Made by a program: the position numbers and the translations under genes | Source: Tolypothrix carrinoi HA7290-LM1 | Lineage (GTDB): Bacteria > Cyanobacteriota > Cyanobacteriia > Cyanobacteriales > Nostocaceae | NCBI GenBank assembly: GCA_019358935.1 | Contig: JAHHIK010000043.1 | Span: 1-62,675 of the forward strand | DNA length: 62,675 nucleotides | Reading direction: 5' to 3' | Shown here: positions 44,723 through 55,650 of the stretch, one piece after another | Position numbering within the stretch: the stretch's first letter is position 1 | How the letters are laid out: every line of letters begins with the position of its first letter | The notes under the pieces: generated by a model | What the model was told of the DNA's origin: nothing | Database searches by the model: none | Seen by the model: only the letters and a program-made list of their open reading frames with translations

Positions 44723-47425
44723 ATGAGAATCCTCAAGATCCAGACATTACGCGGCCCCAATTACTGGAGCATTCGACGCCACAAGCTCATAGTCATGCGC
44801 CTCGACTTGGAAAATCTCGCCCTTGCGCCCTCGAATGAAATTCCTGGCTTCTATGAAGGATTAGTTGAGGCACTGCCAAGTTTGGAGGGTCATTATTGCT
44901 CCCCTGGCTGTCGTGGTGGCTTTTTGTTACGGGTTCGCGAAGGCACCATGATGGGTCACATCGTCGAACACGTAGCCCTAGAACTCCAGGAATTATCCGG
45001 AATGCAGGTAGGCTTTGGTCGGACTCGCGAAACCGCCACACCTGGGGTTTACCAGGTAGTAATTGAATACCTGAATGAAGAAGCCGGACGCTATGCAGCA
45101 CGCGCAGCAGTGCGGTTGTGCCAAAGCATAGTTGATCGAGGTCGCTATCCCAAAGCCGAATTAGACCAAGACTTACAAGACTTAAAAGAATTGTGGCGTG
45201 ATGCTTCCTTAGGACCCTCAACAGAAGCAATTGTTAAAGAAGCCGAAAAAAGAGGCATTCCCTGGATGTCTCTGCCGGCACGCTTTTTGATTCAGCTGGG
45301 CTACGGCGCAAACCAAAAGCGGATGCAAGCCACAATGACCGATAATACCGGCATTTTGGGCGTAGAACTCGCTGGCGACAAAGAAGCCACCAAACGCATC
45401 CTCGGTGCATCAGGAGTGCCAGTCCCCAGAGGCACGGTAATCAACTTCTTGGACGATTTGGAAGAAGCTATAGAACACGTTGGCGGCTTTCCCATCGTCA
45501 TCAAGCCTTTAGATGGCAATCACGGACGCGGGATCACCATTGATATCCGCACCAGAGAAGAAGCTGAAGCCGCTTACGATGCCGCCAGACAAGTTTCCCG
45601 CGCAATCATTGTTGAGCGCTATTATGTCGGGCGCGACCATCGAGTACTGGTGGTAAATGGCAAAGTCGTAGCAGTAGCTGAACGCGTGCCAGCTCATGTA
45701 GTTGGTAATGGCAGATCCACTGTAGCCGAACTAATTGACGAAACCAATCAAGACCCAAATCGCGGTGAAGGACACGATAACGTCCTGACAAAAATTGAAC
45801 TAGACCGCACCAGTTATCAGCTACTAGAAAGGCAAGGCTACACCCTCAACAGCGTGCCAAATAAAGGTGAAATGTGTTATCTACGGGCAACTGCTAACCT
45901 CAGTACAGGTGGTATAGCCGTAGACCGCACCGACGAAATCCACCCAGAAACCGTTTGGCTAGCACAACGGGTAGTCAAAATTATCGGTTTAGATATCGCC
46001 GGACTTGATGTTGTCACCACCGATATTAGCCGTCCTTTGCGCGAAGTTGATGGCGTAATTGTCGAAGTTAACGCTGCCCCTGGTTTCCGGATGCACGTTG
46101 CCCCCAGCGTTGGCATTCCCCGCAATGTCGCTGGCGCAGTCATGGATATGCTGTTTCCCAACGACCAAGCCAGCAGCATTCCCATCCTCACTGTGACCGG
46201 TACAAACGGCAAAACCACCACTACTCGCCTGCTAGCACACATTTGCAAGCAAACAGGTAAAGTTGTCGGTTATACAACCACAGATGGAACTTACATCGGT
46301 GATTACTTAGTGGAAACAGGAGACAATACAGGTCCCCAAAGCGCTCACTTAATTTTGCAAGACGCAACTGTAGAAGTAGCGGTACTGGAAACGGCTCGCG
46401 GCGGTCTTCTCCGCTCAGGGCTGGGTTTTGAAGCCGCAAATGTAGGTGTGGTATTAAATGTTGCCGCCGACCATTTAGGCATAGGCGACATTGATACTAT
46501 CGATCAATTGGCAAATCTTAAGAGTGTGGTAGCCGAATCTGTGTATCCTGATGGCTATGCAGTACTCAACGCCGATGATGTGCGAGTTGCGGCGATGGCA
46601 GAAAAAACCAAAGCGAATATTGCTTACTTCACCATGAACCCAGATTCGGATCTGGTGCGAAAGCACATCCAAAAGGGTGGAGTCGCAGCAGTGTATGAAA
46701 ATGGCTATTTGTCAATAGTCAAAGGCGATTGGACGCACCGGATAGAAAGGGCAGAAAATATACCTTTGACAATGGGTGGACGTGCGCCGTTTATGATTGC
46801 TAATGCTTTAGCAGCTTCTTTGGCAGCGTTTGTGCAAAATGTGACAATTGAACAGATTCGGGCTGGGTTAAAAACCTTCCGCGCTTCGGTGAGTCAAACG
46901 CCGGGACGAATGAATTTGTTTAATTTGGGGAATCATCACGCTTTGGTAGATTATGCCCATAACCCGGCTAGTTACGAAGCTGTGGGTTCATTTGTCCGGA
47001 ATTGGAATACGGGACAAAGAATTGGCGTAGTTGGTGGACCAGGCGATCGCCGTGACGAAGACTTTGTTACTTTAGGTAAACTGGCAGCAGATATTTTCGA
47101 CTACATCATCGTCAAAGAAGATGATGACACGCGGGGACGTCCACGAGGTTCAGCAGCAAGTTTGATTACCCAAGGTATCACCCAAGTCAAGCCTAATTGC
47201 CGTTATGAAGTCGTTATGGACGAAACGCAAGCAATTAACAAAGGTTTGGATATGGCTCCTGATAACAGTCTGGTGGTGATTCTACCAGAAAGTGTCAGCC
47301 GCGCTATTAAGTTAATTAAACTGCGCGGTCTGGTTAAAGAGGAGTTACATCAACAAAATCCTACAACTAATGTTGTAGATTCCCAGATAGGGGTGACATC
47401 TTCTGTGTTAAATAAGCTGTTATGA
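44723..47425 (+). CDS. cphA: Cyanophycin synthetase
   Basis: LRGPNYWS, GHIVEHVALELQ, ATP-grasp KPLDGNHGRG, EVNAAPG, Mur-ligase TGTNGKTTT, DYAHN. Confidence 0.98.
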   Translation: MRILKIQTLRGPNYWSIRRHKLIVMRLDLENLALAPSNEIPGFYEGLVEALPSLEGHYCSPGCRGGFLLRVREGTMMGHIVEHVALELQELSGMQVGFGRTRETATPGVYQVVIEYLNEEAGRYAARAAVRLCQSIVDRGRYPKAELDQDLQDLKELWRDASLGPSTEAIVKEAEKRGIPWMSLPARFLIQLGYGANQKRMQATMTDNTGILGVELAGDKEATKRILGASGVPVPRGTVINFLDDLEEAIEHVGGFPIVIKPLDGNHGRGITIDIRTREEAEAAYDAARQVSRAIIVERYYVGRDHRVLVVNGKVVAVAERVPAHVVGNGRSTVAELIDETNQDPNRGEGHDNVLTKIELDRTSYQLLERQGYTLNSVPNKGEMCYLRATANLSTGGIAVDRTDEIHPETVWLAQRVVKIIGLDIAGLDVVTTDISRPLREVDGVIVEVNAAPGFRMHVAPSVGIPRNVAGAVMDMLFPNDQASSIPILTVTGTNGKTTTTRLLAHICKQTGKVVGYTTTDGTYIGDYLVETGDNTGPQSAHLILQDATVEVAVLETARGGLLRSGLGFEAANVGVVLNVAADHLGIGDIDTIDQLANLKSVVAESVYPDGYAVLNADDVRVAAMAEKTKANIAYFTMNPDSDLVRKHIQKGGVAAVYENGYLSIVKGDWTHRIERAENIPLTMGGRAPFMIANALAASLAAFVQNVTIEQIRAGLKTFRASVSQTPGRMNLFNLGNHHALVDYAHNPASYEAVGSFVRNWNTGQRIGVVGGPGDRRDEDFVTLGKLAADIFDYIIVKEDDDTRGRPRGSAASLITQGITQVKPNCRYEVVMDETQAINKGLDMAPDNSLVVILPESVSRAIKLIKLRGLVKEELHQQNPTTNVVDSQIGVTSSVLNKLL

Positions 47426-47495
47426 ACAAAGAGTTAGGAATTAGGAGTTAGGAGTTAGGAGTTGGGAGTACTCCTAACTGCGCTCCTCATCACTC

Positions 47496-47672
47496 CTAAC
47501 TTTTTACATCTTCTTCCGGACTGGTTTCGTCACTGGGATTTTTCATTTCATCTTTAAACCCCCTGAGGGTTTTGCCCAGTGCGCTTCCTAGTTCCGGAAT
47601 TTTTTTTGGTCCAAAAATTAAAATAGCAACTATAGCGATTACACCCACTTCCGTCCATCCCAGTCCAAACAT
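47496..47672 (-). CDS. tatA: Twin-arginine translocase TatA/TatE subunit (58 aa; absent from the ORF track)
   Basis: Translated by hand: MFGLGWTEVGVIAIVAILIFGPKKIPELGSALGKTLRGFKDEMK...; AGGAG RBS. Confidence 0.93.
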   Translation of the reverse strand: MFGLGWTEVGVIAIVAILIFGPKKIPELGSALGKTLRGFKDEMKNPSDETSPEEDVKS

Positions 47673-47757
47673 ATGCGTCTCCTGTCAACTCTTGTTTATT
47701 AACTATAGATAAAAGTAGTAAGCGTTTTAACGCTTAATGAAAGGACTGAAGTCCTTA

Positions 47758-49167
47758 CTACTCTTCTCGCGTAATCGGTATCCCTAACCAATCGCTTAAT
47801 TCATGCGCTAGCCATTCGAGTTCAACTTCAGATTTGACAATACCATTATTAATACCTATTTCATACTTCTGGACTCCTGCCCAAATTTCTAATTGCGCCG
47901 GCACTTGAAAGCGGTTTCCTTGAGAGTCTTTAGTAAAGTGGCTGTCAGTGTAAACCAACTTAGTAATATCTTGTGTTAGCGATGGACGTTGATAAAATTT
48001 AAATCCAAATATCTTTGTAGTGAAGGCAATTTGCTGCTTTGTCAAGCGCAATCCGGTACTTTTGAATAAAGGAAACAGTAGCAAAGATGCCAGATGAAAG
48101 CCAGCACCCCAAAAAGGAAGGGAGAATAAGCCAAAGATAACATTGACAGGAAAAGGAGCGGCAAGAGCGGCAGTTGTCCAAAAAAATATAAATGAATTCC
48201 AGGCGATCGCAAACAAACCCGTGAACACCATTGATGACTGAAAGCCAGCCGGCGGAATGAGAATTAGCAGAGAATCTCTATCTTTAGTAAGTTGAATTTT
48301 ACTACCACTTGGTTTAGTTAAAGCTAAAGCACTGATTCTTGGTTGTGAATCATCCAAAGCTGCAAGTGCTTCAACAGCAGAACTCAAACGCTTTTCTAAA
48401 CTCGGTTCAGTCATCCAGCGCAACCAATCTGTAAAAGCGGGACTGAGATTAGCGATATGCTCAAAGGAAATGCGAAAATCATGAAGGGGTAAATCTGCTG
48501 GGTGTAAACCCGTGACCAAGTAAATTAACGTTGCACCTAAACTATAAAGGTCAGAGGCGCTAGTTGTGCGATCGCCAAATTGTTCAGGTGGCATATAACC
48601 ATATGTTCCTACTACAGTGCGAGTTCCGCTTTCTTTGGCAACAGTCTGCACCGAGCCAAAATCTACAAGGTATACTTGACCCGGACTATTACCAGTGCGT
48701 TGGCGTAGCCCGCCGTAGGCATCGCCCAATAAAATATTGCTAGGCTTAATATCGCGGTGAATTACAGACGGATGCAGCCCATGCAAGTAAATAAGAATAG
48801 ATAAAAGTTCTTTAGCTATTTCTTTTACTTCCGTTTCCGTAAAACTACGCCCACTGTTTAAGTATTGCTCTAGAGTTTGTGCCGGGATATAAGACTGTAC
48901 TAAAGCAAATCCTTTAAGAGAAGGTGAATTTACCTCAAAATAATCTAAATAGCGCGGAATACAGGGATGAGACAACGATTTTAACGTTTCGGCTTCTCGT
49001 TCAAACAGCTTGAGATCGTCCCATTCAAAATCACTGTTAAAAGAAAGTAACTTTATTACAACTAATTCCTCAGTTTCCAAGTTACGGGCTAAAAGCGATC
49101 GCCGTCCCGCCTTTTTTCCCAACTGTTGCTGAATTTGATAGCGATCGCCTAATATTTGACCATTCAT
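47758..49167 (-). CDS. Serine/threonine protein kinase with C-terminal membrane segments
   Basis: VVIK, HRDIKPSNI, DFG, GTYGYMPPEQ, SDLYSLG; two TM helices. Confidence 0.95.
   Translation of the reverse strand: MNGQILGDRYQIQQQLGKKAGRRSLLARNLETEELVVIKLLSFNSDFEWDDLKLFEREAETLKSLSHPCIPRYLDYFEVNSPSLKGFALVQSYIPAQTLEQYLNSGRSFTETEVKEIAKELLSILIYLHGLHPSVIHRDIKPSNILLGDAYGGLRQRTGNSPGQVYLVDFGSVQTVAKESGTRTVVGTYGYMPPEQFGDRTTSASDLYSLGATLIYLVTGLHPADLPLHDFRISFEHIANLSPAFTDWLRWMTEPSLEKRLSSAVEALAALDDSQPRISALALTKPSGSKIQLTKDRDSLLILIPPAGFQSSMVFTGLFAIAWNSFIFFWTTAALAAPFPVNVIFGLFSLPFWGAGFHLASLLLFPLFKSTGLRLTKQQIAFTTKIFGFKFYQRPSLTQDITKLVYTDSHFTKDSQGNRFQVPAQLEIWAGVQKYEIGINNGIVKSEVELEWLAHELSDWLGIPITREE
48700..48720. mobile_element. 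21-nt SDR5-like insert inside a HIP1 site, in frame in the kinase
   Basis: GCG[ttggcgtagcccgccgtaggc]ATCGC; removing the 21 nt restores GCGATCGC. Confidence 0.8.
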
Positions 49168-49346
49168 GACAAAAAAGAAGAGTAAAGGGTAAAGGGCAAA
49201 GGGCAATCATGAGAAGGGGGAAAGGGAAAAGGGGAAGGGGGAAAGGAAAAAACTCTTCTTCCTTTACCCTTTACCCTTTACCCTTTTCCCCTCTTAAAAA
49301 AGCCCATTCCCTATTCCCCATTCCCCTTTTAGTTTAGTAAAATTCT

Positions 49347-49949
49347 ATGCCCTCCCAACTTTGGCCCTACATTACTCCTGGTATCCCTGATGAGTTGTTT
49401 GAAAGCCTACCGGGAATTCCTCTTTCACAGCGCGAAATTCGCCTGCTGTTGATAGCTCAACTGCGTCTGTTACCCAATTCAGTGTTGTGGGATATTGGCG
49501 CGGGAACAGGTACAATTCCGGTAGAAGTGGGGTTGTTGTGTCCTGAGGGGCAGATTATCGCAGTAGAAAGAGATGAAGAAGTAGCCAACTTAATTCGGCG
49601 TAACTGCGATCGCTTTGAAGTAAAGAATGTTGAAGTCATTGAAGGTAGTGCCCCAGAGTGTTTGCACAATCTTAAACACAAACCCCATCGCGTCTGCATC
49701 GAAGGAGGACGTTCCATCCAAGAAATTTTGCAAGCAGTTTGGAATTATTTACCTTTATCCGGTCGAGTTGTCGCCACAGCTGCTAGTCTAGAAACTCTGT
49801 ATGCTATTTCTCAAAGCTTTTCTGTGCTGCAAGCGAGGAATGTTGAAGTTGTCCAATCGGCAATTAATCGCTTAGAAACACGCGGCTATTCGCAAACCTT
49901 TGCCGCCGTCGATCCTATTTTTATCCTTAGTGGTGAGAAACTAGACTAA
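49347..49949 (+). CDS. cbiT: Precorrin-6Y/cobalt-precorrin-6B C15-methyltransferase
   Basis: PGIPDELF, EIR, WDIGAGTGTI, IEGSAPE, GRVV. Confidence 0.92.
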   Translation: MPSQLWPYITPGIPDELFESLPGIPLSQREIRLLLIAQLRLLPNSVLWDIGAGTGTIPVEVGLLCPEGQIIAVERDEEVANLIRRNCDRFEVKNVEVIEGSAPECLHNLKHKPHRVCIEGGRSIQEILQAVWNYLPLSGRVVATAASLETLYAISQSFSVLQARNVEVVQSAINRLETRGYSQTFAAVDPIFILSGEKLD

Positions 49950-50033
49950 ATCTGAAGGATGAAGGCTGAAGGATAAAGGATAAATAACAACTCAAACTTC
50001 AAACTTCATCCTTTATAATTCACACTTATATCT

Positions 50034-50927
50034 ATGCCTTGGTCTCGAATTATTAGTGGAATTGTGGCGATCGCCGTTGCTTTAAGTGCGACCCTTTTAG
50101 GGGGTTGGTACTTTACTATTATGTTTGCGGCGATTATCTTTTTGGGTCAACAGGAATATTTTGATTTGGTGCGAAGCAAAGGTATCGCTCCTGCCGCTAA
50201 AACTACTCTTGTTGTCAGCCAAGCTTTGTTAGTGATTTGTACTCTTAATGGCTCTTTAGCTGATGCTGTCACACCATTAGCCGGGACATTTATTTGTTTT
50301 TACTTATTGTTTCAGCCGAAGATGGCAACGATCGCCGATATTTCTGCTTCGATCATGGGGTTATTTTACACTGGTTATTTGCCAAGTTACTGGGTAAGGT
50401 TACGCGCAATTGATAGTTCTAGTATCAAAAATCTACCTTTAGGTGGGTACTTACCCCCAGATTGGCTAGATATTATTCAAAAAGGAAATTTTGCTTACCT
50501 ACCACAAGGTTTGACAGCAACAGCGCTGACCTTCCTCTGCATTTGGTCAGCTGACATCGGCGCTTACACTTTTGGCAAATTCTTCGGTAAAACTCCCCTA
50601 TCTGATATCAGCCCGAAAAAAACCGTTGAAGGAGCAGTATTTGGCATTAGCGCCAGCGTTCTCGTAGCCGTGCTAGGAGCTTACTTTCTCAACTGGTCAA
50701 AACCTCCTTTGACTGGTATGGCGCTGGGTTTGCTGATTGGGATCGCTAGTCTTTTGGGCGACCTCACCGAATCTATGCTCAAACGCGATGCTGGGGTAAA
50801 AGATTCAGGGCAATTAATCCCAGGTCACGGCGGCATCTTAGATCGTACTGATAGTTATATTTTTACCGCTCCTTTAGTTTACTACTTCGTCACACTTGTA
50901 TTGCCATTGTTAGGGCATGGGGCATAG
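50034..50927 (+). CDS. cdsA: Phosphatidate cytidylyltransferase
   Basis: ISPKKTVEG, GDLTESMLKRDAGVKDSG.LIPGHGGILDRTDS. Confidence 0.96.
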   Translation: MPWSRIISGIVAIAVALSATLLGGWYFTIMFAAIIFLGQQEYFDLVRSKGIAPAAKTTLVVSQALLVICTLNGSLADAVTPLAGTFICFYLLFQPKMATIADISASIMGLFYTGYLPSYWVRLRAIDSSSIKNLPLGGYLPPDWLDIIQKGNFAYLPQGLTATALTFLCIWSADIGAYTFGKFFGKTPLSDISPKKTVEGAVFGISASVLVAVLGAYFLNWSKPPLTGMALGLLIGIASLLGDLTESMLKRDAGVKDSGQLIPGHGGILDRTDSYIFTAPLVYYFVTLVLPLLGHGA

Positions 50928-51168
50928 GGCATTGGGCATGGGGCATGGGGCATGGGGCATGGGGCATGGGGCATGGGGCATGGGGCATGGGGCATGGGGC
51001 ATGGGGCATGGGGCAAGTGAAATACGCGATCGCTTCTTTTTATTCCCATTGCCCATTAAACAATTGCCCATTAAACAATTGCCCATTGCCCATTAAACAA
51101 TTGCCCATTAAACAATTGCCCATTAAACAATTGCCCATTAAACAATTGCCCATTAAACAATTGCCCAT
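50912..51168. repeat. (GGGGCAT)n STRR followed by 15-bp tandem (TTGCCCATTAAACAA)n
   Basis: About 14 heptamers, then about 7 copies of the 15-mer. Confidence 0.9.
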
Positions 51169-51220
51169 AGACATAATAAAAAATCAACAATAATTATTTT
51201 AAGTTTTTAATTCTTAATCA

Positions 51221-51934
51221 TTAGGGATTAACGTTAATCCGTCCGCGACAGACTAGTTTGCCTGGGATCAGCGTTAATTCTTGGATATCCACATCTGAAC
51301 CTAGATCCAGATAGTGTCCTTGATTACCCTCTGCAAGCACTGCGGTGTCCTGTTTTATTTGGATTTGTGATAGTTGCAATTCATGAGTGCTGAGTAATTC
51401 TATGCTTACACTCATCTCAATCGTGGTGGGATTGGTTACGTCTGTATGAATTCCGCAAACTATCAATTTATTATTTGCAAGAGAAATTTTCTGCCAAGCA
51501 GTAGGCTTGGCATTTGGACTGTGTTCTGGTAATAGTTTTAGCAGTACATCATTTAAAGCAGTCGATAATAATTCCGATGAGAGAGAGGCTTTGAGATCCT
51601 CCTCGTTCAGGATTACCTCGCCAACTACAGGCACTGTTTCTAACAGTCGCAGTGGTTGTCCCTTGAGTACTGCGCCGATGTTTATCCTTATATTTTCTGC
51701 GTTTAGTAAAATTTCTGTGAGATGGAGACCTTGGTAAATTGCATGAGTAGCAAAAATAGATACTCCAGGAATGCGACCGGAAAGAAGTTGGCGATCGCTT
51801 GCTTGAATTTCCACTTTTAGTTGCGATATCTGGCTGACTTGCGATCGCAACCACAGCAATAGTGCTGTTTTTAGTACATTGGTGATGATGCGTATCTTCT
51901 GAGGATTTTTGGGTGATGAATTTTCTTTATGCAT
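51221..51934 (-). CDS. DUF2993 (LmeA-like) protein
   Basis: LWLRSQV, LLSGRIP.VSI, INIG.VLKGQPLRLL, DLGSDV.I.EL. Confidence 0.85.
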   Translation of the reverse strand: MHKENSSPKNPQKIRIITNVLKTALLLWLRSQVSQISQLKVEIQASDRQLLSGRIPGVSIFATHAIYQGLHLTEILLNAENIRINIGAVLKGQPLRLLETVPVVGEVILNEEDLKASLSSELLSTALNDVLLKLLPEHSPNAKPTAWQKISLANNKLIVCGIHTDVTNPTTIEMSVSIELLSTHELQLSQIQIKQDTAVLAEGNQGHYLDLGSDVDIQELTLIPGKLVCRGRINVNP

Positions 51935-52078
51935 CTAATCAACTTTTTGATAAGTATCTATATGACAAGCAAGCAGGGCGCTCAAACAAAATTCAACTGT
52001 AACATTTGTGGCTATCGCCAACAAAGTGCAATTATTATAGATAATTTAATACTTTCAAAAATAATAAGTAATTTCCAC

Positions 52079-52873
52079 ATGGAGGAAAGGTTACAAAAGA
52101 TTCTATCTAAATGGGGTATAGCCTCAAGACGCGAAGCCGAAGAAATGATTGTGCTTAAGCGGGTGCGGATCAATGGCGCATTGGCGCACTTAGGTCAAAA
52201 AGCTGACCCCGAAACAGATACCATCACAGTAGATGGCAAACCGATATCTGGTCTTGTGCGTCCAGCTTTAATTTATCTGTTATTACACAAACCAGCCGGA
52301 ATAGTTTCCACTTGCGACGATCCCCAAGGACGACCAACAGTGCTGCATCTATTACCGAAAGAATTAAGAGAAAATCAAGGCATTCATCCAGTTGGTCGTT
52401 TAGATGCATACTCTACAGGGGCATTAATACTTACAAATGACGGAAACTTAACATTTGGGTTAACTCATCCCAGCCACAGTATTCCTAAGACTTATCGTGT
52501 TTTGGTAAAAGGTCATCCTCCAGAATCAGTGTTACAAAAATGGCGTCAGGGTGTGATGTTGGAGGGTAAAAAAACGCGATCGGCGCAAGTGCGTCTAAGA
52601 GAAAGTTTGGCAGATGAAAGCTGCCTAGAAATTATTTTAAAGGAGGGAAAAAATCGTCAGATTCGCCGTGTAGCCGAACTGCTGGGATATCCAGTGATTA
52701 AGCTGCACCGCACAGCCATAGGTCCAATTCAATTAGAAAAGCCCGGAGAACCTTTATTAGCTGAAGGTTCATATCGTTCCCTAAAAGATGATGAGATTCG
52801 CTTTTTGCAAGAGCAAATTAAGCACATACCTATTAATGATTCCGCTCGGTTTAGGAGTATCAAACAATTATGA
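52079..52873 (+). CDS. rRNA pseudouridine synthase, RsuA/RluB family
   Basis: S4 domain ERLQKILS..GIASRREAE; HKP.G; VGRLD; EGKNRQIRR. Confidence 0.95.
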   Translation: MEERLQKILSKWGIASRREAEEMIVLKRVRINGALAHLGQKADPETDTITVDGKPISGLVRPALIYLLLHKPAGIVSTCDDPQGRPTVLHLLPKELRENQGIHPVGRLDAYSTGALILTNDGNLTFGLTHPSHSIPKTYRVLVKGHPPESVLQKWRQGVMLEGKKTRSAQVRLRESLADESCLEIILKEGKNRQIRRVAELLGYPVIKLHRTAIGPIQLEKPGEPLLAEGSYRSLKDDEIRFLQEQIKHIPINDSARFRSIKQL

Positions 52874-53655
52874 AGTGGCAAAAAAGCAAGGATGATAATC
52901 AACCAATAGTTTCTGCGGATCAATTACGAGCCGAAAAGTTGGCAGAATTAGGTGGTCAACTTTGGGTAAAGCGTACTGAACAAAATTTATCCTTGGATGA
53001 AATGGTCGTATTAACCATGATTCCCCGTCGATTGTTGCAAGCGATCGAAGAAGGTAATTTAGATGATTTGCCAGAACCAATTTATATTCGCGGTTTAATT
53101 AGGCAATTTGCTGATGCATTGGGGTTGGATGGAGCGGAATTTGCTCAGAGTTTCCCCGTAGGCTCAAATCGCGTTAACCTTACACCTGGTTGGAAACCTA
53201 CACCTTTCGGTCAACTGCTGCGTCCTTTTCATCTTTATGTGCTTTACATTGCTTTGATTGTCTGTTCTGTTAGCGGTTTGTCTCAATTATTGAATAATGC
53301 CGCTATCGAAGCGAACAATAGCCAAAGCACCGAAAAAGCACAAATTAAGCCGAAACAAACACCTACTGTGCAAATTCAACCTGTTAGCAATATCAGCAGT
53401 AACGGACAGGCAGTGCAGATTGGTGTCACCTTAAAGGAGAAATCTTGGATTCGCGTAGTCGCTGATGGCAAAACTGAATTTGAGGGGGAATTGCCAGAAG
53501 GAACCCAACGCACTTGGAAAGCTCAAGATCAACTGACAGTCAAAGCCGGCAACGCTGGGGGTGTGTTGGTAAGTGTCAATAAACAGGAAGCCAAGCCAAT
53601 GGGAGATCCTGGGAAAGTCAAAGAAGTCATAGTTGCTGCTAAGGCTGGGACTTGA
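52870..53655 (+). CDS. RodZ-like protein (HTH, TM, DUF4115)
   Basis: LQAIEEG...LPEPIYIRGLIRQFADALGL; SWIRVVADGK; GNAGGV. Confidence 0.88.
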   Translation: MKWQKSKDDNQPIVSADQLRAEKLAELGGQLWVKRTEQNLSLDEMVVLTMIPRRLLQAIEEGNLDDLPEPIYIRGLIRQFADALGLDGAEFAQSFPVGSNRVNLTPGWKPTPFGQLLRPFHLYVLYIALIVCSVSGLSQLLNNAAIEANNSQSTEKAQIKPKQTPTVQIQPVSNISSNGQAVQIGVTLKEKSWIRVVADGKTEFEGELPEGTQRTWKAQDQLTVKAGNAGGVLVSVNKQEAKPMGDPGKVKEVIVAAKAGT

Positions 53656-53875
53656 GGAGCAGGGGGAGATGGGGGGAAAGGGAGACAAGGGGGACAAGGA
53701 GGACAAGGGGGACAAGGGGGACAAGGGGAAAGGGAAAAGGGGAAGGGGGAAAGGGGAGGCAGTGCGGTCTTGGGGTCTCCCCAAGTGGAGCACCTGCCGT
53801 GAAAGGGGAAAGAATTATTACCAATGCCCAATGCCCAATGCCCAATGCCCAATGCCCAATGCCCACTCCCCCTAC
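53656..53875. repeat. STRR tract with one ~45-nt dispersed repeat (53757-53800, minus)
   Basis: Near-identical to the unit at about 35845-35888. Confidence 0.85.
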
Positions 53876-53876
53876 C

Positions 53877-55385
53877 TCACTTCACTTGCGGGGCGCGACC
53901 GTAGATTGTGGTGAGATTTTTCAGCTTTGATCTTAATTCATGGGTTAAAGCTTCTGTTTGATATCGCCACTCCCAGTTACCTTCGGCAACACTAGGCGTA
54001 TTCATCCGCCCTTGGCGATCTAATCCTAAAACATCTTGTAAGGGGATAATTGCCTGATTTGCTACAGAACTCAAGGCAAGTCGAATTAAATCCCAGTGAA
54101 TGCCTTCAGGACTGACAGAACCTAAATAAAGCAACAAGTTTTGCTTTTCCCAGTCCGACGCTTGATTGAACCAGCCTATGGTTGTGTCGTTGTCGTGAGT
54201 GCCGGTGTAAACTACGGCGTTACGCGGGTAATTGAACGGTAAAAAGCCATTACCGGGATCGGAACCAAAGGCGAATTGTAAAACTTTCATGCCGGGAAAC
54301 TCAAATTTGTCGCGCAGCGCTTCTACTTCCGGGGTGATTACTCCTAAATCTTCCGCCAAAACCGGCAGCTTGCCCAATTTCTGTTTGATTTCCTGAAATA
54401 ATTTGTCTCCTGGGGCTTTGATCCACTCTCCGTTCATGGCTGTTTGTTCGCCTTGTTTCACAGCCCAGTAAGCTTCAAATCCGCGAAAGTGGTCAATGCG
54501 AATTACGTCTATGTAATCCAGCATTGCTTCAAAGCGCTTCACCCACCATTTAAAGTTTTGTTTTTCTAATTCCTCCCACTTGTAAACTGGGTTGCCCCAC
54601 AATTGACCGGTGGCGCTAAAGTAATCTGGTGGAACTCCTGCCATTAGTGAGGCTTCTCCTGTGTTTTCATCTAAGCAAAAAATATCAGGATTAGACCAGA
54701 CATCAGCGCTGTCGTGAGCTACGTAGATGGGGATATCACCAATAATTTCTATACCAGCCATGTTGGCATAGTTCTTCAACTCAGACCACTGGCGGAAAAA
54801 TTCATATTGCGTGTATTTGTAATAAAAAATCTCCGCATCCATTTCTTGCCGCACTCGATCCATTGCTTCTGGTTTGCGCGATCGCACTTCTGGTTCCCAA
54901 GTATGCCAGCTTGCACCGCCATTAGCATCTTTCAATGCCATAAATAACGCATAATCATCCAGCCAATAAGCTTTGATGTCACAAAAACCCGCAAATTCTT
55001 TTTGTTGTGTCGGTGCTGTTTGGGTTTTAAAGTTCTCACAGGCTTTCTTTAACAGCCCAATCTTAAATGGTACAACCTGCTCGTAGTTGACTTTATTCGG
55101 CTCAAATCCTGGTAAATTAGCAAAATCTTCTTCTGATAGCAAACCTTGCTCTAACAGCTTTTGGGGGCTGATGAGTAGAGGGTTTCCTGCTACTGCTGAA
55201 TAAGAAGCATAAGGAGAATTACCGTAACCAGTCGGACCTAATGGCAGAACTTGCCAATATTGTTGCTGAGTTTCTCTAAGAAAATCAATAAAGGCGTAAG
55301 CCTCTATGCCTAAGTCACCAATGCCGAATCGACTGGGAAACGATGTGGGATGAAGTAAAATACCGCTGGATCTGAAAAAAGGCAT
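53877..55385 (-). CDS. malQ: 4-alpha-glucanotransferase (amylomaltase)
   Basis: GILLHPTS, WQVLPLGP, GDIPIYV, GVPPDYFS.TGQLWGNP, RIDHFRG, AEDLG, YTGTHDN. Confidence 0.97.
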   Translation of the reverse strand: MPFFRSSGILLHPTSFPSRFGIGDLGIEAYAFIDFLRETQQQYWQVLPLGPTGYGNSPYASYSAVAGNPLLISPQKLLEQGLLSEEDFANLPGFEPNKVNYEQVVPFKIGLLKKACENFKTQTAPTQQKEFAGFCDIKAYWLDDYALFMALKDANGGASWHTWEPEVRSRKPEAMDRVRQEMDAEIFYYKYTQYEFFRQWSELKNYANMAGIEIIGDIPIYVAHDSADVWSNPDIFCLDENTGEASLMAGVPPDYFSATGQLWGNPVYKWEELEKQNFKWWVKRFEAMLDYIDVIRIDHFRGFEAYWAVKQGEQTAMNGEWIKAPGDKLFQEIKQKLGKLPVLAEDLGVITPEVEALRDKFEFPGMKVLQFAFGSDPGNGFLPFNYPRNAVVYTGTHDNDTTIGWFNQASDWEKQNLLLYLGSVSPEGIHWDLIRLALSSVANQAIIPLQDVLGLDRQGRMNTPSVAEGNWEWRYQTEALTHELRSKLKNLTTIYGRAPQVK

Positions 55386-55650
55386 TGCTTTTCCTAAATT
55401 ATGGGAAGATGCGATCAAGAGCGAATTTATCACGTAATAGTTGTTGGTTGTAAGTTGGAGCGTTGTTAGTGGGCATTGGGCACGCTCGCAATGGGCATTG
55501 GGAATGGGTAATGGGTAATAATTCTTTTTCCAGTCGCCATGACGCGGCTATGCTTCAAGTCTTTTGACCGAACGCACTGGCTCCCCCATGCCCCATGCCC
55601 CATGCCCCATGCCCCACTAACCACTAACCACTAACTACTAACTAATAACC

